64,000 bases of DNA from NCBI GenBank assembly GCA_963841015.1, contig CAWJAX010000005.1, positions 416,001 through 480,000 on the forward strand. Direction: 5' to 3'. This stretch comes from an uncultured Methanoregulaceae archaeon. Lineage in GTDB: Archaea > Halobacteriota > Methanomicrobia > Methanomicrobiales > Methanospirillaceae. Shown here piece after piece: positions 63,175 to 64,000 of the stretch. Numbering within the stretch: position 1 is the first letter of the stretch; each line of letters starts with the position of its first letter. A program made the position numbers and the translations under genes. The notes beneath the pieces were generated by a model that was not told the DNA's origin, searched no databases, and saw nothing but the letters and a program-made list of their open reading frames with translations.

Positions 63175-63247
63175 GCCTCCCTAACTCAGTTGGTAGAGTG
63201 TCGGACTGTTAATCCGAATGTCACAGGTTCGAGCCCTGTGGGGGGCG
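63175..63247 (+). tRNA. tRNA-Asn(GTT)
   Basis: Cloverleaf: acceptor GCCTCCC/GGGGGGC, anticodon arm TCGGA-CTGTTAA-TCCGA, T arm ACAGG-TTCGAGC-CCTGT. Confidence 0.95.
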
Positions 63248-63252
63248 TTTTT

Positions 63253-63328
63253 GGGCCCGTCAGCTCAGTCCGGTTAGAGCGCCCGGCTCATAACCGGGCG
63301 GTCATGCGTTCGAATCGCATCGGGCCCA
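63253..63328 (+). tRNA. tRNA with CAT anticodon, probably tRNA-Ile2 (agmatidine type)
   Basis: Acceptor GGGCCCG/CGGGCCC-A, anticodon arm CCCGG-CTCATAA-CCGGG, T arm ATGCG-TTCGAAT-CGCAT; one extra C at 63261. Confidence 0.88.
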
Positions 63329-63424
63329 TTGTTTTTTTTGTTTTTTAAGGGAATGTCATGGTTGACTACCCATCATGGAATATATTGAAAACCTTTCTAT
63401 CTCTGAACTACCATACGGAGGAGC

Positions 63425-64000
63425 ATGAAATGTCCTGTGTGCGAGATGGATTGTGTTGAGTCAGCAAAAGACCTTCTTGCCACACTTCCCACAATTTTTA
63501 TTCCCTGTGCAGACTGTAGTCTGCGGATCCTTGATAAAAGATCTCCGCTACCCACGCTTGAATATGCAGAACCCTGCTCATGCGGAAAACGATTCATCGA
63601 TGAAGTTTTTGCCCACATGTACGTTATCATGGTTGAGGAGGGTGATTTAAGTCCGACAGACCCGCTTATCGCGGTGGGATCCCCGCTCGTTCACCCTGGA
63701 TTTGCCATGGATCGTCCACCTTTCCTTCCGGAAAAGTCACTTGTGCTTCTCACCACACGGGCGACTAAAATTACAGCAGAACGTCTCGTTCTGGAAGTTC
63801 CCGAACTCCGCGGTATTGTAAAGAAAGGCGATTTTGTACCGGGAATTACAAATCCTGACCTTCATTCCGTTCCAAAAGTCTATGAACTTCTTGCAGGATG
63901 TGATGTAAGGGCTGACGTTTTTCCGCTCTGGACAGGTCCCATGGTGATGTATAAGCAACAGTCCCTTATCCATATCGAATTCCCACGCATGGGATACCCG
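63425..64000 (+). CDS. Methanogen protein with Cys-rich N-terminus, probably a SAM methyltransferase (truncated by window edge)
   Basis: Manual translation MKCPVCEMDC...CADC...CSCGKRFIDEVFAH...LLAGCDVRADVF...HIEFPR, open to the window end; GGAGGAG RBS. Confidence 0.7.
   Translation, partial: MKCPVCEMDCVESAKDLLATLPTIFIPCADCSLRILDKRSPLPTLEYAEPCSCGKRFIDEVFAHMYVIMVEEGDLSPTDPLIAVGSPLVHPGFAMDRPPFLPEKSLVLLTTRATKITAERLVLEVPELRGIVKKGDFVPGITNPDLHSVPKVYELLAGCDVRADVFPLWTGPMVMYKQQSLIHIEFPRMGYP

Noticed and set aside
63175-63328. tRNAs as an integration site
   Set aside because: No duplicated tRNA 3' end or integrase seen within the window

Overview
Archaeal chromosomal segment from a hydrogenotrophic methanogen, most consistent with Methanomicrobiales (Methanoregula-like): frhADGB, mptA, SepRS, Kae1-Bud32 fusion, AglB. 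It is mostly housekeeping: an aIF2g-rpoE-spt4-rps24e-rps27ae-kae1/bud32-rdgB-rpl40e operon; a glmM-glmU-glmU-glmS-acetyltransferase-aglB sugar/N-glycosylation locus; sufCB; an MrfAB-like exonuclease/helicase pair; queDEC-NUDIX-hydrolase-aRF1-argS-taw1-sepS; rps12-rps7-EF2; ilvC; aIF2b; rpoL; peptidases; and two tRNAs. The main accessory feature is an AT-rich type II restriction-modification cassette (about 44.7-46.5 kb). It sits directly against the unannotated 3' stump of a host-like paralogous methyltransferase, and its intact methyltransferase carries an unusual C-terminal wHTH-like tail. Also seen: a decayed flavodoxin, a twin-operator XRE promoter, two Shine-Dalgarno-supported starts for frhG, a small Cys-rich ORF, and four single-base indels in otherwise intact genes (HDAC, cyclophilin, frhA, tRNA-CAT) that may be assembly errors. 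No CRISPR array, rRNA, transposase or integrase was recognised. All assignments come from reading motifs; no database search was run.
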